The notes: generated by a model from the sequence alone, not told the origin. DNA of 64,000 bases from a virus (IMGVR_UViG_3300032167_005013); one strand, 5' to 3'. Shown: positions 20,609-32,276, counted from the stretch's first letter. Translations and numbers: made by a program.

Positions 20609-23364
20609 GATGAATTATCTTCTACCATCTTATAATCAACATCAGGTAAATCTTTCTTAAGTCCCGAAACAACAAAATTAGCATAATCCTGAACTCTGTC
20701 ATAAGTGTATTGAACGCCAAAACGTCCATCAGGGTCCTGTCTACGTACATAAAATCCAATGTTATTATTCATGTATATTGCACCATTGGAAAAAACACGG
20801 TTATAAATGTCTGAATTTTGTGTCAATTCACTATCAGGTATAATCTCCCTCCACACTCTTTTTCCCGTTCCATCCGCAAGATAATTCGCATATTCAGGAA
20901 CAGACTTATTTCGAATATATACCCTCCAAGGTTTTAAATTTTTCAATGTTTTACATGAAAATACAATTTTTCTACCCTCCGATTTTGGTGATACAACACA
21001 TTCTTTATACTCTTTGTTTGGATAAAGAAGAACAATAACATCATCAGTAGTCAGATGGTATTCTGTGGCAGCGCTTATTTCATAATAGAGTCCATCCTCC
21101 GAACGTCTAATTTTGTCTCCATTAGAAAACGGAACAACAGGTATCTGAAGGTCAAAGTCTTTAGACAATAATGGTGAAAATTCACGCAATTTAACTCTAT
21201 GATGAGCTTTATAAAAATATCCCTCAGGGACAAAGCCATCACAATACACATTATTTTTTTCATTATATCGAAGACCTTGCATTTGTGTGACACTAAACTC
21301 AGCCAATGTATTTTCAGTCGCAGATTTACCCAAACTATCAGTAAAATCATTATCATCATATTCAAGTTCATCATAAACCATTTTATATAATGACACAGGA
21401 AACATCTTATTTGATGGTGTATTATTTAACATTTCCCTTTGTGCAGTATTGAAACGATGATGAACAGTTTCCAAAATAACCTCTTCAAGTGTAAATGGAG
21501 AAAACTCCACAAAATCACCACAAAAAATATTATCATATCCATCACCCGCAACAATATTCCTTTCAAGCGCCATTGGTTGTGAATAAGGTATACCCATAGA
21601 TTCATGACCCGGGAATTCATAATTAGTTTCCATTATCCCATACAACATTCTTGCGTTATAATTCTTTAAAAGGTCATAATCCATGTGTTCGTTTTCCCCA
21701 ATTTCAAAATCAAAGCCTGAAGTAACCTCTCCAAAACAATGAGAAAACTCAACATAACTTGGACTTGTCATTCCGGACATATACCATTCAATATAACCCT
21801 GATTTCGTTTTATAAAAGTAAGAAATACCTCAGTAATTTCACGCCCCATATGGTCTTTCAACCCCGAAATATCAACATCATCAGAATAAATAATTTGAGC
21901 AACAGGGTCCCCATATATCGTCTTAGCAAAACCTGCTTTATTTATTGTCGACCTCAATGAACTTATACTCTTGAAATCCCTGATATAATACTCACATTGT
22001 TTTCCATTTATTGTCTTAGCAACAAAAATATTTGATGGTATTCTTATACATTCAATGGTATTACCAATAACATAATTCGTTTCTTCACCCCATCCATCTG
22101 CAAGGTCATCATATGATATCGCAAAATAATATTTTTTCATTTCACCATTAACATCACCAAGTGACATGACCCTACACGAAAAACTCTCCTTACCATCCGC
22201 ATAAAGCACAACCATATCACCTTCCTTAAGACCGTGTTTCGCTTTAGTTCTAAAATGTATTGAACGAGTTTCTCTTGTAATAAGATAATCATAAGTTTGT
22301 CCCTTCTTTTCCTGAAGAAAATTTGTCGAACTACCTTTCATTTTCAACGATTCTGTCGTATGCCATATGACCCTTAAGCCCTTATCTTTCTCAAAGAAAT
22401 CATAAGGTTTACCATTATCATCAACATAGCGTTTCCTGTAAGGATAAGTTATCCTCCAATCCCAATTATACTCTTCACGGTTATTATACTTCTTGTTTAT
22501 CTTAGGAAGAAGAGAGAAAAGGGTTCTATCAGGGTACATGTCAACGAATTCACAGGCACCTCTATTATTTAAAACCTTATTAATCGTTATATCAACCGAT
22601 TCCCCATCTTTATAAATCGTACAATTAGGTTCATTAGCATAAGCCTTATTATAAAACCCCAACCAACCATTTTCTTCCTTAAGTTTAGCCATAAATGCGT
22701 TTTGAAATGACATGATATTGGAGTGATTATACAAATGGCTCGGTCTATCTTTTGTCTGTGCGGTTGGACTCCCTCCCCCAGGTATTTCTCTCTTATGTGT
22801 TGCTATCTCACCATCGCCATATACCAAATAATCTTCAATGGTATTAAATACATTTTCATTTGATATTATTTTCCCATCAATTTTACTTTCGCCTCGTCTA
22901 ATAGCAAAATAACCTTTTCCTCTAAACTGATGATTATTGAAGATATCCAATCCACAATAATAAGTAAAATTACCAAGGTCTGGATGGGAATATTCGGTAT
23001 CTCGTATTGCTTCATAACGAGTTATACCCTGCCCAATGGGGTACTTTCTTATACCCCTATCCCAATCTCCTGATTTGGCCAACCCACTGTCACCAAGTAT
23101 GAAAGATTTTGTGGAACCCTCTTCAGACACAATTTCAGTAAACATATTGAAAAGGATATTAGTCATGTAAGGGCTTACGGTGAAAAATAATTTATATTTT
23201 CTCGTCGAATTTCGTTCGTTCAAATATATTTCATATTGATTAATTGTTCCCGAAACATTACCCCCTGTAAACAAAGACTGCTTTGTTGATAATTTGATTG
23301 GTACAGAATTCTCAACATTAATATTGTTTTGCCCGTTGGCACTATTTAATAAAATCTTTTGCAT
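20596..23364 (-). CDS. Virion structural protein (922 aa)
   Basis: Long ORF in the structural cluster; no domain recognised. Confidence 0.65.
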   Translation of the reverse strand: MQKILLNSANGQNNINVENSVPIKLSTKQSLFTGGNVSGTINQYEIYLNERNSTRKYKLFFTVSPYMTNILFNMFTEIVSEEGSTKSFILGDSGLAKSGDWDRGIRKYPIGQGITRYEAIRDTEYSHPDLGNFTYYCGLDIFNNHQFRGKGYFAIRRGESKIDGKIISNENVFNTIEDYLVYGDGEIATHKREIPGGGSPTAQTKDRPSHLYNHSNIMSFQNAFMAKLKEENGWLGFYNKAYANEPNCTIYKDGESVDITINKVLNNRGACEFVDMYPDRTLFSLLPKINKKYNNREEYNWDWRITYPYRKRYVDDNGKPYDFFEKDKGLRVIWHTTESLKMKGSSTNFLQEKKGQTYDYLITRETRSIHFRTKAKHGLKEGDMVVLYADGKESFSCRVMSLGDVNGEMKKYYFAISYDDLADGWGEETNYVIGNTIECIRIPSNIFVAKTINGKQCEYYIRDFKSISSLRSTINKAGFAKTIYGDPVAQIIYSDDVDISGLKDHMGREITEVFLTFIKRNQGYIEWYMSGMTSPSYVEFSHCFGEVTSGFDFEIGENEHMDYDLLKNYNARMLYGIMETNYEFPGHESMGIPYSQPMALERNIVAGDGYDNIFCGDFVEFSPFTLEEVILETVHHRFNTAQREMLNNTPSNKMFPVSLYKMVYDELEYDDNDFTDSLGKSATENTLAEFSVTQMQGLRYNEKNNVYCDGFVPEGYFYKAHHRVKLREFSPLLSKDFDLQIPVVPFSNGDKIRRSEDGLYYEISAATEYHLTTDDVIVLLYPNKEYKECVVSPKSEGRKIVFSCKTLKNLKPWRVYIRNKSVPEYANYLADGTGKRVWREIIPDSELTQNSDIYNRVFSNGAIYMNNNIGFYVRRQDPDGRFGVQYTYDRVQDYANFVVSGLKKDLPDVDYKMVEDNSSCEL

Positions 23365-23365
23365 C

Positions 23366-26300
23366 CTAACTCAATTTAAGAATATAATAAACTTTGCCAT
23401 TAATGTTTTTCTTTTCAGACACAAAAACCTGACAAACGGTATGAGACCTTTTCTTTGTCGTAACTTCTCCCGCCCCAAACTCATCTTTCTCTATATTATT
23501 CAAAACTCGGTGCAATGTATTTCCACCAGCTAATAAATGTAAATTGGATATTTGAACCAAGTAGTCTTTATAATCCTCTATTCCTTCCCTATTTATCAAA
23601 CTTTCCCTATCTGTCACTGTAAACGTACGATTAAATATATTTTCAATACACCTAGTTGTAAATTCAGTATTCTTAGGAGCGAACATATGTACAATATTAT
23701 TGTATATATCATTCGAAGAAACCGTCTCAAGAGATGGGTTATCATTGACAATAATCTTAAAATTACCCTCTTGTCTAATACCAACTTTATAACCGTTTGT
23801 TGCATTAGATGCAAGTTCAACATAACTAGATGATAAATTAGTATTTTTATCCCTTTGAACAATTCCAACATATTTAAAGACATTTCGCCAATAAGGAAGT
23901 TTAGCAACATGAACAAGCGTACACTGTCCTTCTTTAATTTCCTTACCTTTGTTAAATGAAACATCCCCATTAAACAATGTAACATAAAGTTTATTTGAAG
24001 AATTGCCACATGTAACTAACATCATATTATTGGTATCATATGCAAGAATAAATGTTTTTAGATTACTTATATTATTAAGAAATTCATTATAAGTCCCCAT
24101 TGAATTTGTGTTAGCAATAAAGATATTATAATCACCTTCCTTAACAATTCGTCCTTCACAATATTTAGTTCCCCATGCAATATCATCTGTTTTTTCATCT
24201 TCTGAATATAATGCATAATACAAAGGATAACTACGGGAATCGCCAGACGTCGTCTCATTCAAAGCATGATAGAGATTGTCTGTACCTAAAACAAGACCTT
24301 CATCTTCAGCGGTCAACGTAACCACAGAACCATGAGAACTAATTACACCCTTATTAAGTTTCTTATCAACATCATACGCCTCACCTAACAACAGCACATT
24401 ACTATCCTTAGGACTCGCAGCCACATTAAGATTATGTGGAGTTGCATCAGTATTAAACTCACGATAATCAACTATAGTGCGATAAAGAAGATATTTCTCA
24501 TTCTCATTCAAGTCTGAAGTAGATGATGAGAAATTATTCCACCACGAACCTTTCTTCTCTAAATTATATAATGTATTATAAGAAACTATTCCTAAGCCAT
24601 AGTTAGGATTACCTATTGTAAATGTGAGAGGACTACCATCACGCACAATAAATGTGTCATATCTAAACTCGCAAGAATATTTTCCATTTTTCACATCTAC
24701 CGACCTTATCCAAATCTCATATTCTCCATACCCCCACAAATAAAGTCTATCACCATCTTTCCAAGTAGCCCATTTATTATCAGGATAATAATTATCTATA
24801 CCATTGTAAACACATTCAAAATTCAATGGATTAGCATCAGAATCATACCCCCCTATTCGTTTAATAACCACACGATAATACTTTATATTACTTGAGTCCC
24901 CCACGATTTTAAAACTACCGTCGATATACCCGCCATTTTCAGCAGTCTTTGGGTTATAATCACTAACAGCGGCACCAAGTTTATATTGCATTTCAGTTTC
25001 AGCAACACTCGTTCTAAAATTTGTAACTGAATTTTTATCATAAGAAACTTTCAAAAGGTCTTTACCAACAACAAGTTCCTGAGAAATTTCATTACCATAT
25101 TCATCCTGTACAAGAACCTCATAAATACCAATCGGCACCCCCTTAATTTTAAAATTATTCGAAGCCTCCTGACCCTGAATAACAGCCATTGGTTGTTTAA
25201 AACTAGTAATTGTTTGATAATCACCCTTTCCCACATTTCCTTTATCATCACAGTCTTTACTTTCTATAATATGATAATCATCCATATAGAGCCTTGTTAA
25301 TGTATAGTTCTTTACACTCTCTCTTTCAAGACCTTTTATGGAAACTTCCACATCAAAATTCATATTATATATATTAGTTCGACCTGTCGACCACATAACA
25401 GAAAGAGACATCTCACCCTTGGGAGTTGTAATTGCCTGAGGAGCACATGGTGCGTAATATTGTCTCTTGAAAGCATCCAATGCAGTTGAACCATTTACAA
25501 GTCCGAAATAAAAATAGAACGAATTCTGATAAACAGGCATCCTATTTCCACCATAAAGGTATTTCTTATTATCACCCATTCTAAAAGTGATATAATCATT
25601 ACTTTCGAACTCACTTTTTCTCACTATCGTATTACCACTCTCGAAAGCAACATCAACCCCCAAATTAGGATGAGATTCCATCAGTTCATTAAAAGTAGAC
25701 TCATTCCAAAGAGATTTGGTTTCCTGTGGAAGATGTTTGGTATAAGTATACCCACTACTACTACTGATTATTTTCTCCAAAGAACCATCAAATGAATCAG
25801 GAAGAAGATATTTGAAATCGTATTCCTTATAACCATATGAATTAACTACAGTTCTAAGCGAATTCTGATTCATGGTTGCAAACGCACTCCTAAATGTCAC
25901 ATCATTTATTTGGTCCTTTGAAATCAAACCATTAGGTGCAACATACAGATAGTTAACAATATCATAAGATAAATCCGCGTCAGCCTTTAATCCGGATTTA
26001 TAGCCCACAGGTATTTCCAAACGTTCTGATAAAGTCGTACCAATTTCACAGGCACGTTTAAGATTCACACATGACTTGATATTTGTCTCAGCATTAGAAC
26101 ATGAAAGACCCAAAAAATGCCCACCCGGTGATAAAAGTTTATCATCAGAATATTCCAATCCATTATTTTCACCATGTTCACCATCATAACCAACACCCTT
26201 ATACGACCAATCAATTCCCGAAAGTTCCGTAACAGGGAAAATATCCTCATAAGCCAAAGTTAGGTCAGATTTTGCTTCCGTATCTCCTACACCATCATCA

Positions 26301-29300
26301 ACCGGCCATTTATAGAAACCGCCTTGATAAAATACATAAGTTATCTTCGAGTCTTCATATTTCTTAGGAGGAAGCATATAACCATCAGGTATAATATATG
26401 TGTTAGTTTCATTAGCATTGGTAGGCACAATAACCCTATCAGCATCACTTACCTTGTTTTTCAAAAATTGATATTCTGCACCATCTCCCCTATTATGATT
26501 GATATCATATCCCAAAATATCTTTAACCTGAGGGACCGTACTATCTTTCAAAATCCTCTCATAAGAACCATAACCCTTGTCTAAAGAGTCTTCAAATGTC
26601 GCAAGATACTTATCAAGTTGTCCATAAGTTGGGGTATAAGGTTTAACACCTTCCGTACGAATATAAGGGGTCACCATGCGCCCATTACTTCCTCCCCAAT
26701 CATCATGGTTCCATCTGTTACCCGGACATTTGGCATTGCAAGACCATTGTTGAATAACGTTAACTGTAGGCGCGGGCCAAACTGTGTTCTCCCCCCAAGC
26801 ATCCTGTTGTTGTGCACTTACTTCCAATTCGCTATAAACATCACTCTCATCATCAACATTCGTCTGAGCCAAATTTGGTGGGAGTTGATAAGTTGTTGCG
26901 AGAAGACTGTCAAATGTTGAAGGAAGCCCATATTCATTACAATCGAAAAGCGTGCCCAACATTACAATATCAGTCGCAAAAAACGGCACTCTATTAGAAC
27001 CTCTGAACTCACATGGTTTAAGATAATACACACTATCGCCCAACGATGTTCTACTCTCGTTAACAACGCCACCCTTAGAACCAAAAACCTCAATCATATC
27101 ACGTCCGTTGGCTTTGTGACATCTTAATTTATTACGATGGCACCCCACTTTAGTTGTGATTTCATTATTGGAATCATAAGCCAATGAACATTGCTGTACA
27201 TATCTTCTTGATACCCGTGATATAGCCGTATTATTCATACAAGCCTTCACCTTCTCAGTTATAATTGTCTGTCCTTTCTTACGTTTTTTCTTATATTTTA
27301 CATTTCTCGCCCAACGAGGGAGATAAACTGTTCCATTAATCCAATCGTTATAGAAATCAAACTTAATAACCTGATATTCCTGTGCAAGATTAATTTCGAC
27401 ACACTGCATAAGATAGTCAGTGTTATTGGTTAAATTAATACCAATCACCGAGTTCGACTTATTATCCAACATATTATTAACTTCCACAGAGGCATTGTCT
27501 TTTGTGGAAATTGTTGTGGGGTCAACCTGTTTAATAACAACGTATTCCTGATTATTAATTTCCACTTTATCGTCTGTTAATCTAAAAACGCCATTCTCTA
27601 CCTTCCCACTAATTGTAAATTTCTTTACGGCCCAATTAGACCCCCCTTCTTCTGTATATTTAATTGTATATTCTTTAGAACCTGAAGTGGTTTCACCTGT
27701 TATTCCAAGTTCTGTTTTCAATTCATTCTCAGTGAAAACATCAGCCACTTCTAATATTGTATCATAATTATTAGGGTCAACAAAAACATACTCATATGAG
27801 ACATCCCCCCCATCATTAAGTGTATCAACCCACCCATAAATCTGTTCCTGAAGGGTTTGGTCATCATCAACTCCTAAGTCAGCAACAATCTCTTTATAGG
27901 TATTACAAACAGACTCATTTTCCCACTGTCGACATGTCTTATTACTCTTCGCCGTCTTAGGTGTAACTTTCATTCCCGGAGCAAAATACCAATATTCAAG
28001 GTCAGGGCAAATTTCATTTGAAATATATGAATAAGGCGTAGTGAAACCAAGATTTCCAATAACACTCATCAAGCCACGTTTCAATGTATTAACCACCTTA
28101 ACAATCCTGACCATCAACTTTATGATATTGCACATAAGCCAAAACATGAAAGGTATCCTTATCCTTATATTGTTATAAGGAATTGGATTATTTACCCCAT
28201 GAACATTCACTTTCTTAATTCCTGTGAATCTATCTGTCAAAATATTTCTTGCCTTTTGAAAACGAGGTATAAATGACTTAATTGTATAGACATTATTCCA
28301 CATAAGGGATTTGAAAGAATGGTCTTTTGTCCTTGAACCGAAATTATAGTCTATTTCATTCTCATTATTTGGATTATGAGGTACAAGCACTTTTCCACGA
28401 TGATAACTTACAGCATCAGGGTTTGTTTCATCAAGAGAAAGTCTGAAACGAACCTCACAACGGGTAGGGATACCCTTTTCAGGGTTATCAGTAGGTACCA
28501 TGTTTCCATATTCATCAGTCATCATATAATCAAGATTCATCGGAATCTGAAAACACCACACACCATTACCGTCAATAAGTTGAGTACCTTTAATCTGCAA
28601 CTCAGAAACTGTGTTGTCAATATTCTTTCTAATGATTTCAATAGTACCGGGACCTGTCACCATCTCACTCATTTCACCCATTCTTTTTGATGGCACACAT
28701 TTCCTACTTATACCTTCGTTAGGCGTATCAGTAACTATTGAACCCATAAAGACACATGTTGGTTCAAACTTAAAAGCAACATCTATATCCTTTCTTGTTA
28801 TTCCAATCTGTGTCCCTTCCTTAGCGTCGCCCCAAAACGGTTTTACATCAACAGTCGTGTCCTGCGAGAAAACCTGTGAAAGTGTTGAAAGTTCAGTATC
28901 AACCTTGAATTGATTAGGATTCTCAAATTGTTCTATCGTATAACCCTTATAAATAAAATCCCTCGGCCTCTGTGAAAGTTTTCCACAGTCTGATATATCA
29001 AGGTCCATATGAAGGGTATAGTTCCCTGTTGGAATACCGAAGAACATGTAATCACCCGCTTCATTTGTACGGGTCGTATATTTGTAATATTCGTCAAAAA
29101 TCTCAAGAACCGACGTATCATCAAGCATCAATCTTTTGTTAGGGAAAGTTCCCACAACGCGATGACAGTCATCTTTCTGTAGGTCAGGAAGAAGATTATA
29201 ACGTCTACCATCTCTATCCTTACCATTTATTATATCATAAGGATAAAGTATTTCTTTTACTATGTCATTAGTATCATTTTTCTCAATGAAAAGCGAAAGT

Positions 29301-29506
29301 TTTGCATTAGGTACACCAAAACCATTGTTGGCAAGAACTCTTCCCACAACAACGCCATAGTCGCCCACATTATATCTGTAGGTTCCTCTTTGGTCTATTT
29401 TCATTGACAGGATTTCCAAAACATCATATTCTTGCGTTAAATTAACAGTAACATATTGGTCCTGCCCCACATTTGTTCTAATTCTCAACGATTTATTGTT
29501 CTCCAT
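23366..29506 (-). CDS. Very large baseplate/tail structural protein (2046 aa) with N-terminal prealbumin/carboxypeptidase-regulatory-like fold
   Basis: GVVVGRVLANNGFGVPNAKLSLFI...TTRTNEAGDYMFFGIPTGNYTLHMD is a typical beta-sandwich motif; adjacent to wedge genes. Confidence 0.6.
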   Translation of the reverse strand: MENNKSLRIRTNVGQDQYVTVNLTQEYDVLEILSMKIDQRGTYRYNVGDYGVVVGRVLANNGFGVPNAKLSLFIEKNDTNDIVKEILYPYDIINGKDRDGRRYNLLPDLQKDDCHRVVGTFPNKRLMLDDTSVLEIFDEYYKYTTRTNEAGDYMFFGIPTGNYTLHMDLDISDCGKLSQRPRDFIYKGYTIEQFENPNQFKVDTELSTLSQVFSQDTTVDVKPFWGDAKEGTQIGITRKDIDVAFKFEPTCVFMGSIVTDTPNEGISRKCVPSKRMGEMSEMVTGPGTIEIIRKNIDNTVSELQIKGTQLIDGNGVWCFQIPMNLDYMMTDEYGNMVPTDNPEKGIPTRCEVRFRLSLDETNPDAVSYHRGKVLVPHNPNNENEIDYNFGSRTKDHSFKSLMWNNVYTIKSFIPRFQKARNILTDRFTGIKKVNVHGVNNPIPYNNIRIRIPFMFWLMCNIIKLMVRIVKVVNTLKRGLMSVIGNLGFTTPYSYISNEICPDLEYWYFAPGMKVTPKTAKSNKTCRQWENESVCNTYKEIVADLGVDDDQTLQEQIYGWVDTLNDGGDVSYEYVFVDPNNYDTILEVADVFTENELKTELGITGETTSGSKEYTIKYTEEGGSNWAVKKFTISGKVENGVFRLTDDKVEINNQEYVVIKQVDPTTISTKDNASVEVNNMLDNKSNSVIGINLTNNTDYLMQCVEINLAQEYQVIKFDFYNDWINGTVYLPRWARNVKYKKKRKKGQTIITEKVKACMNNTAISRVSRRYVQQCSLAYDSNNEITTKVGCHRNKLRCHKANGRDMIEVFGSKGGVVNESRTSLGDSVYYLKPCEFRGSNRVPFFATDIVMLGTLFDCNEYGLPSTFDSLLATTYQLPPNLAQTNVDDESDVYSELEVSAQQQDAWGENTVWPAPTVNVIQQWSCNAKCPGNRWNHDDWGGSNGRMVTPYIRTEGVKPYTPTYGQLDKYLATFEDSLDKGYGSYERILKDSTVPQVKDILGYDINHNRGDGAEYQFLKNKVSDADRVIVPTNANETNTYIIPDGYMLPPKKYEDSKITYVFYQGGFYKWPVDDGVGDTEAKSDLTLAYEDIFPVTELSGIDWSYKGVGYDGEHGENNGLEYSDDKLLSPGGHFLGLSCSNAETNIKSCVNLKRACEIGTTLSERLEIPVGYKSGLKADADLSYDIVNYLYVAPNGLISKDQINDVTFRSAFATMNQNSLRTVVNSYGYKEYDFKYLLPDSFDGSLEKIISSSSGYTYTKHLPQETKSLWNESTFNELMESHPNLGVDVAFESGNTIVRKSEFESNDYITFRMGDNKKYLYGGNRMPVYQNSFYFYFGLVNGSTALDAFKRQYYAPCAPQAITTPKGEMSLSVMWSTGRTNIYNMNFDVEVSIKGLERESVKNYTLTRLYMDDYHIIESKDCDDKGNVGKGDYQTITSFKQPMAVIQGQEASNNFKIKGVPIGIYEVLVQDEYGNEISQELVVGKDLLKVSYDKNSVTNFRTSVAETEMQYKLGAAVSDYNPKTAENGGYIDGSFKIVGDSSNIKYYRVVIKRIGGYDSDANPLNFECVYNGIDNYYPDNKWATWKDGDRLYLWGYGEYEIWIRSVDVKNGKYSCEFRYDTFIVRDGSPLTFTIGNPNYGLGIVSYNTLYNLEKKGSWWNNFSSSTSDLNENEKYLLYRTIVDYREFNTDATPHNLNVAASPKDSNVLLLGEAYDVDKKLNKGVISSHGSVVTLTAEDEGLVLGTDNLYHALNETTSGDSRSYPLYYALYSEDEKTDDIAWGTKYCEGRIVKEGDYNIFIANTNSMGTYNEFLNNISNLKTFILAYDTNNMMLVTCGNSSNKLYVTLFNGDVSFNKGKEIKEGQCTLVHVAKLPYWRNVFKYVGIVQRDKNTNLSSSYVELASNATNGYKVGIRQEGNFKIIVNDNPSLETVSSNDIYNNIVHMFAPKNTEFTTRCIENIFNRTFTVTDRESLINREGIEDYKDYLVQISNLHLLAGGNTLHRVLNNIEKDEFGAGEVTTKKRSHTVCQVFVSEKKNINGKVYYILKLS

Positions 29507-29513
29507 ATTATAC

Positions 29514-29756
29514 CTATATTCGAACTTTTATTGCCTTAAAGAGTGAGATGGTTTCTTTTTTTAAAAAAGCCTTTACAAAAACAAGATAAAATAATACAAT
29601 GGGGAAGAAAAGAATAATTATAATCCACATGAAGACAGCCTGAAAAGCCATCTTCACTTTCTCCTTTGTAGGAATATTCTCTTTTGTCTCAGGTTCATAA
29701 CCATAATATTTTTTGGTCGCCCTGACATAATCGGTTGCCTTACAATTACACCCCAT
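29514..29756 (-). CDS. Small single-pass membrane protein (80 aa)
   Basis: Hydrophobic stretch AFQAVFMWIIIILFFPIVLFYLVFV, N-terminal CxC, basic C-terminus. Confidence 0.65.
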   Translation of the reverse strand: MGCNCKATDYVRATKKYYGYEPETKENIPTKEKVKMAFQAVFMWIIIILFFPIVLFYLVFVKAFLKKETISLFKAIKVRI

Positions 29757-29757
29757 G

Positions 29758-31761
29758 TTATTTAAGTTTAACTCGTATCCTAATGTCCTGCTCAGGATAT
29801 TTTATTTCTATCATAGTATCATTTTCACTATAAAGAATATGGTCTGATACTGATAGGTCAATCTGACTTCTATTCATCGCCACTTCACCCGCCGTTGCCC
29901 CATAACATTCAGTCTTAGACATGATTTGCTGTGTCGTCTGTGTTGGCGAATAATTAGGGCCATACTCATTATAAACCCTGAGGTCTATCAAGTTTTTAAC
30001 ACCATCAATCAACGAAATTTCCTTCTCAAGGTCACCAAGGAAAATATCGTCACCCATCTGATGAGTATCAATATTCATATATTCCTTAACCTTATTAATG
30101 ATATTGGTAACTACATCCGCACTATTATAACTCTTGCTTATATAGCAATCTATTTCAAATGAAACATTAATAATACGCCCCGCCTTCATCTCCACGTAAT
30201 CGTTAATCATTCTATATTCAGAAAGATAAGACTCAAGGTTCTTAGCAAACGCAGCCGGTATTGATGGCGTAAGTTTACCATTCATATCAAGACCGAGGAG
30301 ATAAATCATTATCTTATTATTTTCTTCAGTAACACCAACACGATAAGGGGTACCAAATGCTGATGGAAGTTCCATGATACGACTACGGTAATCATTTAAC
30401 GTGACACATCTATCCTGCGCCCCCTTATTATATTTAATATAGTTTCTAAGTTCCTCACCCGAAAGCATATCCCTACCTGATACTGCAGGAGTCGTATTTG
30501 TTACAGTAAATGAGTTTCTTATCTTAGCAACAGTATCGCTCTGCAACGTCTCATACTTACAATCACTAAAACCAACATTAAGATATTGAATCTTATTAAT
30601 TGACCCCTTAGGTAGGTTACTATTAGCACCCGCACCCATCTTATAAAGGATATACATGGTCGTATTCGGTTTAGGAGTAATACCAAGTCCATCATTATTA
30701 ATCATCCTCGTTATAAGATACTTGCTAAAAGAAGCAGCATCACCAAGTGTATAATCATCTTCAATATATTTGTGCCCTGCACCAAAAATAACTTTCAAAT
30801 ATCCTTTATCAGTATATTCAGTTATAAACTTCTGACGAAGCGGTTTCCATTCACCTTTTGAAATACATGCCGTTGGTACAGTAACTCCATTTTCACTAAC
30901 ATAACCATATGTTGTTGTTACAGGAAGATACTTATCATCCAAAACCTTTCCCCAACGGTAAGGCTGAACAAGTGCATCAACTTCAAAGAAACGATATATA
31001 TCCTTTTTACTCTGTGTATATTCAGCAGGCATATATTCTGTCTCCATCATAAATTCATCAAAAGAGGGTTCCAATTGGTAGTTAACGCCTTCCTTAAAAA
31101 TAACAGACTCAACAGACATTACGTCATCAAATGGGAGGAGTATTTCCATGAATGGTTTCACGTCAGACTTAGTTATCTCTTTCTTGTATATAGCCGTCGT
31201 ACCCGCAGTAATGACAAAATGTTTTGAAACCCTAAACCCAGTGATATCGTCATTTGAGTTCTTAACAACCTCTATTGTTCTATTAGGCACACCATTTTCA
31301 TCAAAAGCCTGACTGAAGTCAACATCATGGTCGAGTTCAAATATTACAGTACCATTAGTAAACTTACTTCCCCTTTTCACAACAGGAGCAAGGGCCCAAT
31401 TTGGAGTACGTCTTGTTGAAACCGCATTCTGTACCTCACTATTAACAGGTAAGATACAAGTTAATTTCAATTCAGTAACAGAACCTTTAGGCCCCGGTAT
31501 CTTAACACCATTATTTCTTGCAAGATTATAAAGAGATGAAGTCTGCTGCGCAGTATTGACGTTAGTTTCTTGAAACGCTCTGTCTATATGATAACTAAGA
31601 CTATCAGAAACGCCTGCAACTACATCCATAAGCCAAGAACCTACCGATGCATCATTAAGACTTTCTGAAATTTCAGGGTAATATTGTTTAGTAAAATCGA
31701 CCAATGCCTCACGAAAATCCGTGAAATCTTTATTAACGTAAGATATTTTTCTATCTGCCAT
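29758..31761 (-). CDS. Baseplate wedge subunit (T4 gp6 / baseplate J-like)
   Basis: KDFTDFREAL...SLYNLARNNG...GRDMLSGEELR...QDRCVTLNDY matches the gp6-like pattern; follows a gp25-like gene. Confidence 0.85.
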   Translation of the reverse strand: MADRKISYVNKDFTDFREALVDFTKQYYPEISESLNDASVGSWLMDVVAGVSDSLSYHIDRAFQETNVNTAQQTSSLYNLARNNGVKIPGPKGSVTELKLTCILPVNSEVQNAVSTRRTPNWALAPVVKRGSKFTNGTVIFELDHDVDFSQAFDENGVPNRTIEVVKNSNDDITGFRVSKHFVITAGTTAIYKKEITKSDVKPFMEILLPFDDVMSVESVIFKEGVNYQLEPSFDEFMMETEYMPAEYTQSKKDIYRFFEVDALVQPYRWGKVLDDKYLPVTTTYGYVSENGVTVPTACISKGEWKPLRQKFITEYTDKGYLKVIFGAGHKYIEDDYTLGDAASFSKYLITRMINNDGLGITPKPNTTMYILYKMGAGANSNLPKGSINKIQYLNVGFSDCKYETLQSDTVAKIRNSFTVTNTTPAVSGRDMLSGEELRNYIKYNKGAQDRCVTLNDYRSRIMELPSAFGTPYRVGVTEENNKIMIYLLGLDMNGKLTPSIPAAFAKNLESYLSEYRMINDYVEMKAGRIINVSFEIDCYISKSYNSADVVTNIINKVKEYMNIDTHQMGDDIFLGDLEKEISLIDGVKNLIDLRVYNEYGPNYSPTQTTQQIMSKTECYGATAGEVAMNRSQIDLSVSDHILYSENDTMIEIKYPEQDIRIRVKLK

Positions 31762-31768
31762 AATCAAA

Positions 31769-32161
31769 TTAAATAACTCTTATCTGTATATTATCAGGTT
31801 CCTCAGTTTCCCCTTTCATTATGCTGTAGCTTATATCTGCATAAACCCTATTTTCATTCTCCTCATCCATATAAAGAGATATGTCCTTAAATATTATCCT
31901 TGGAAGGTACTTAGATACCTGTGATTTTATTTCACTCTTAATAGCACTCCATGCTTCATCATCGTTTGGTTCAAAAATATACTTAATCAAATTAGTACCA
32001 AAGTCGGGGTTCCTATAACGCTGTCCCTTAGGCGTAAATATAATATGAAGCAATTCGCTCCTCATTTTATCTACATAAGTTTCATTAAGGTCAACGAAAT
32101 AATTATTTTCAGACTCATTCTGAAAAGGGTATTTTATACCAAAATATTGTTGTTTTGCCAT
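31769..32161 (-). CDS. Baseplate wedge/sheath initiator (gp25-like)
   Basis: IIFTPKGQRYRNPDFGTNLIKYIFEP is the GPW/gp25 signature. Confidence 0.9.
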   Translation of the reverse strand: MAKQQYFGIKYPFQNESENNYFVDLNETYVDKMRSELLHIIFTPKGQRYRNPDFGTNLIKYIFEPNDDEAWSAIKSEIKSQVSKYLPRIIFKDISLYMDEENENRVYADISYSIMKGETEEPDNIQIRVI

Positions 32162-32179
32162 ATCATTAAAAACTACGTC

Positions 32180-32187
32180 TATAAATA
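32180..32187 (-). promoter_or_regulatory. TATTTATA candidate late promoter heading the baseplate operon
   Basis: 18 nt upstream of the gp25-like ATG 32161. Confidence 0.7.
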
Positions 32188-32249
32188 GGTTAAAACTTAT
32201 TTTCGTAGGTTATAATAAATTAACAATAAAACAAAAAACAGTAAATAAA

Positions 32250-32273
32250 AAACCACCGCTTAAGCGGTGGTTT
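32250..32273 (-). terminator. Intrinsic terminator after the helicase
   Basis: Perfect palindrome AAACCACCGCTTAAGCGGTGGTTT, followed by a T-run on the minus strand. Confidence 0.85.
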
Positions 32274-32276
32274 ACA

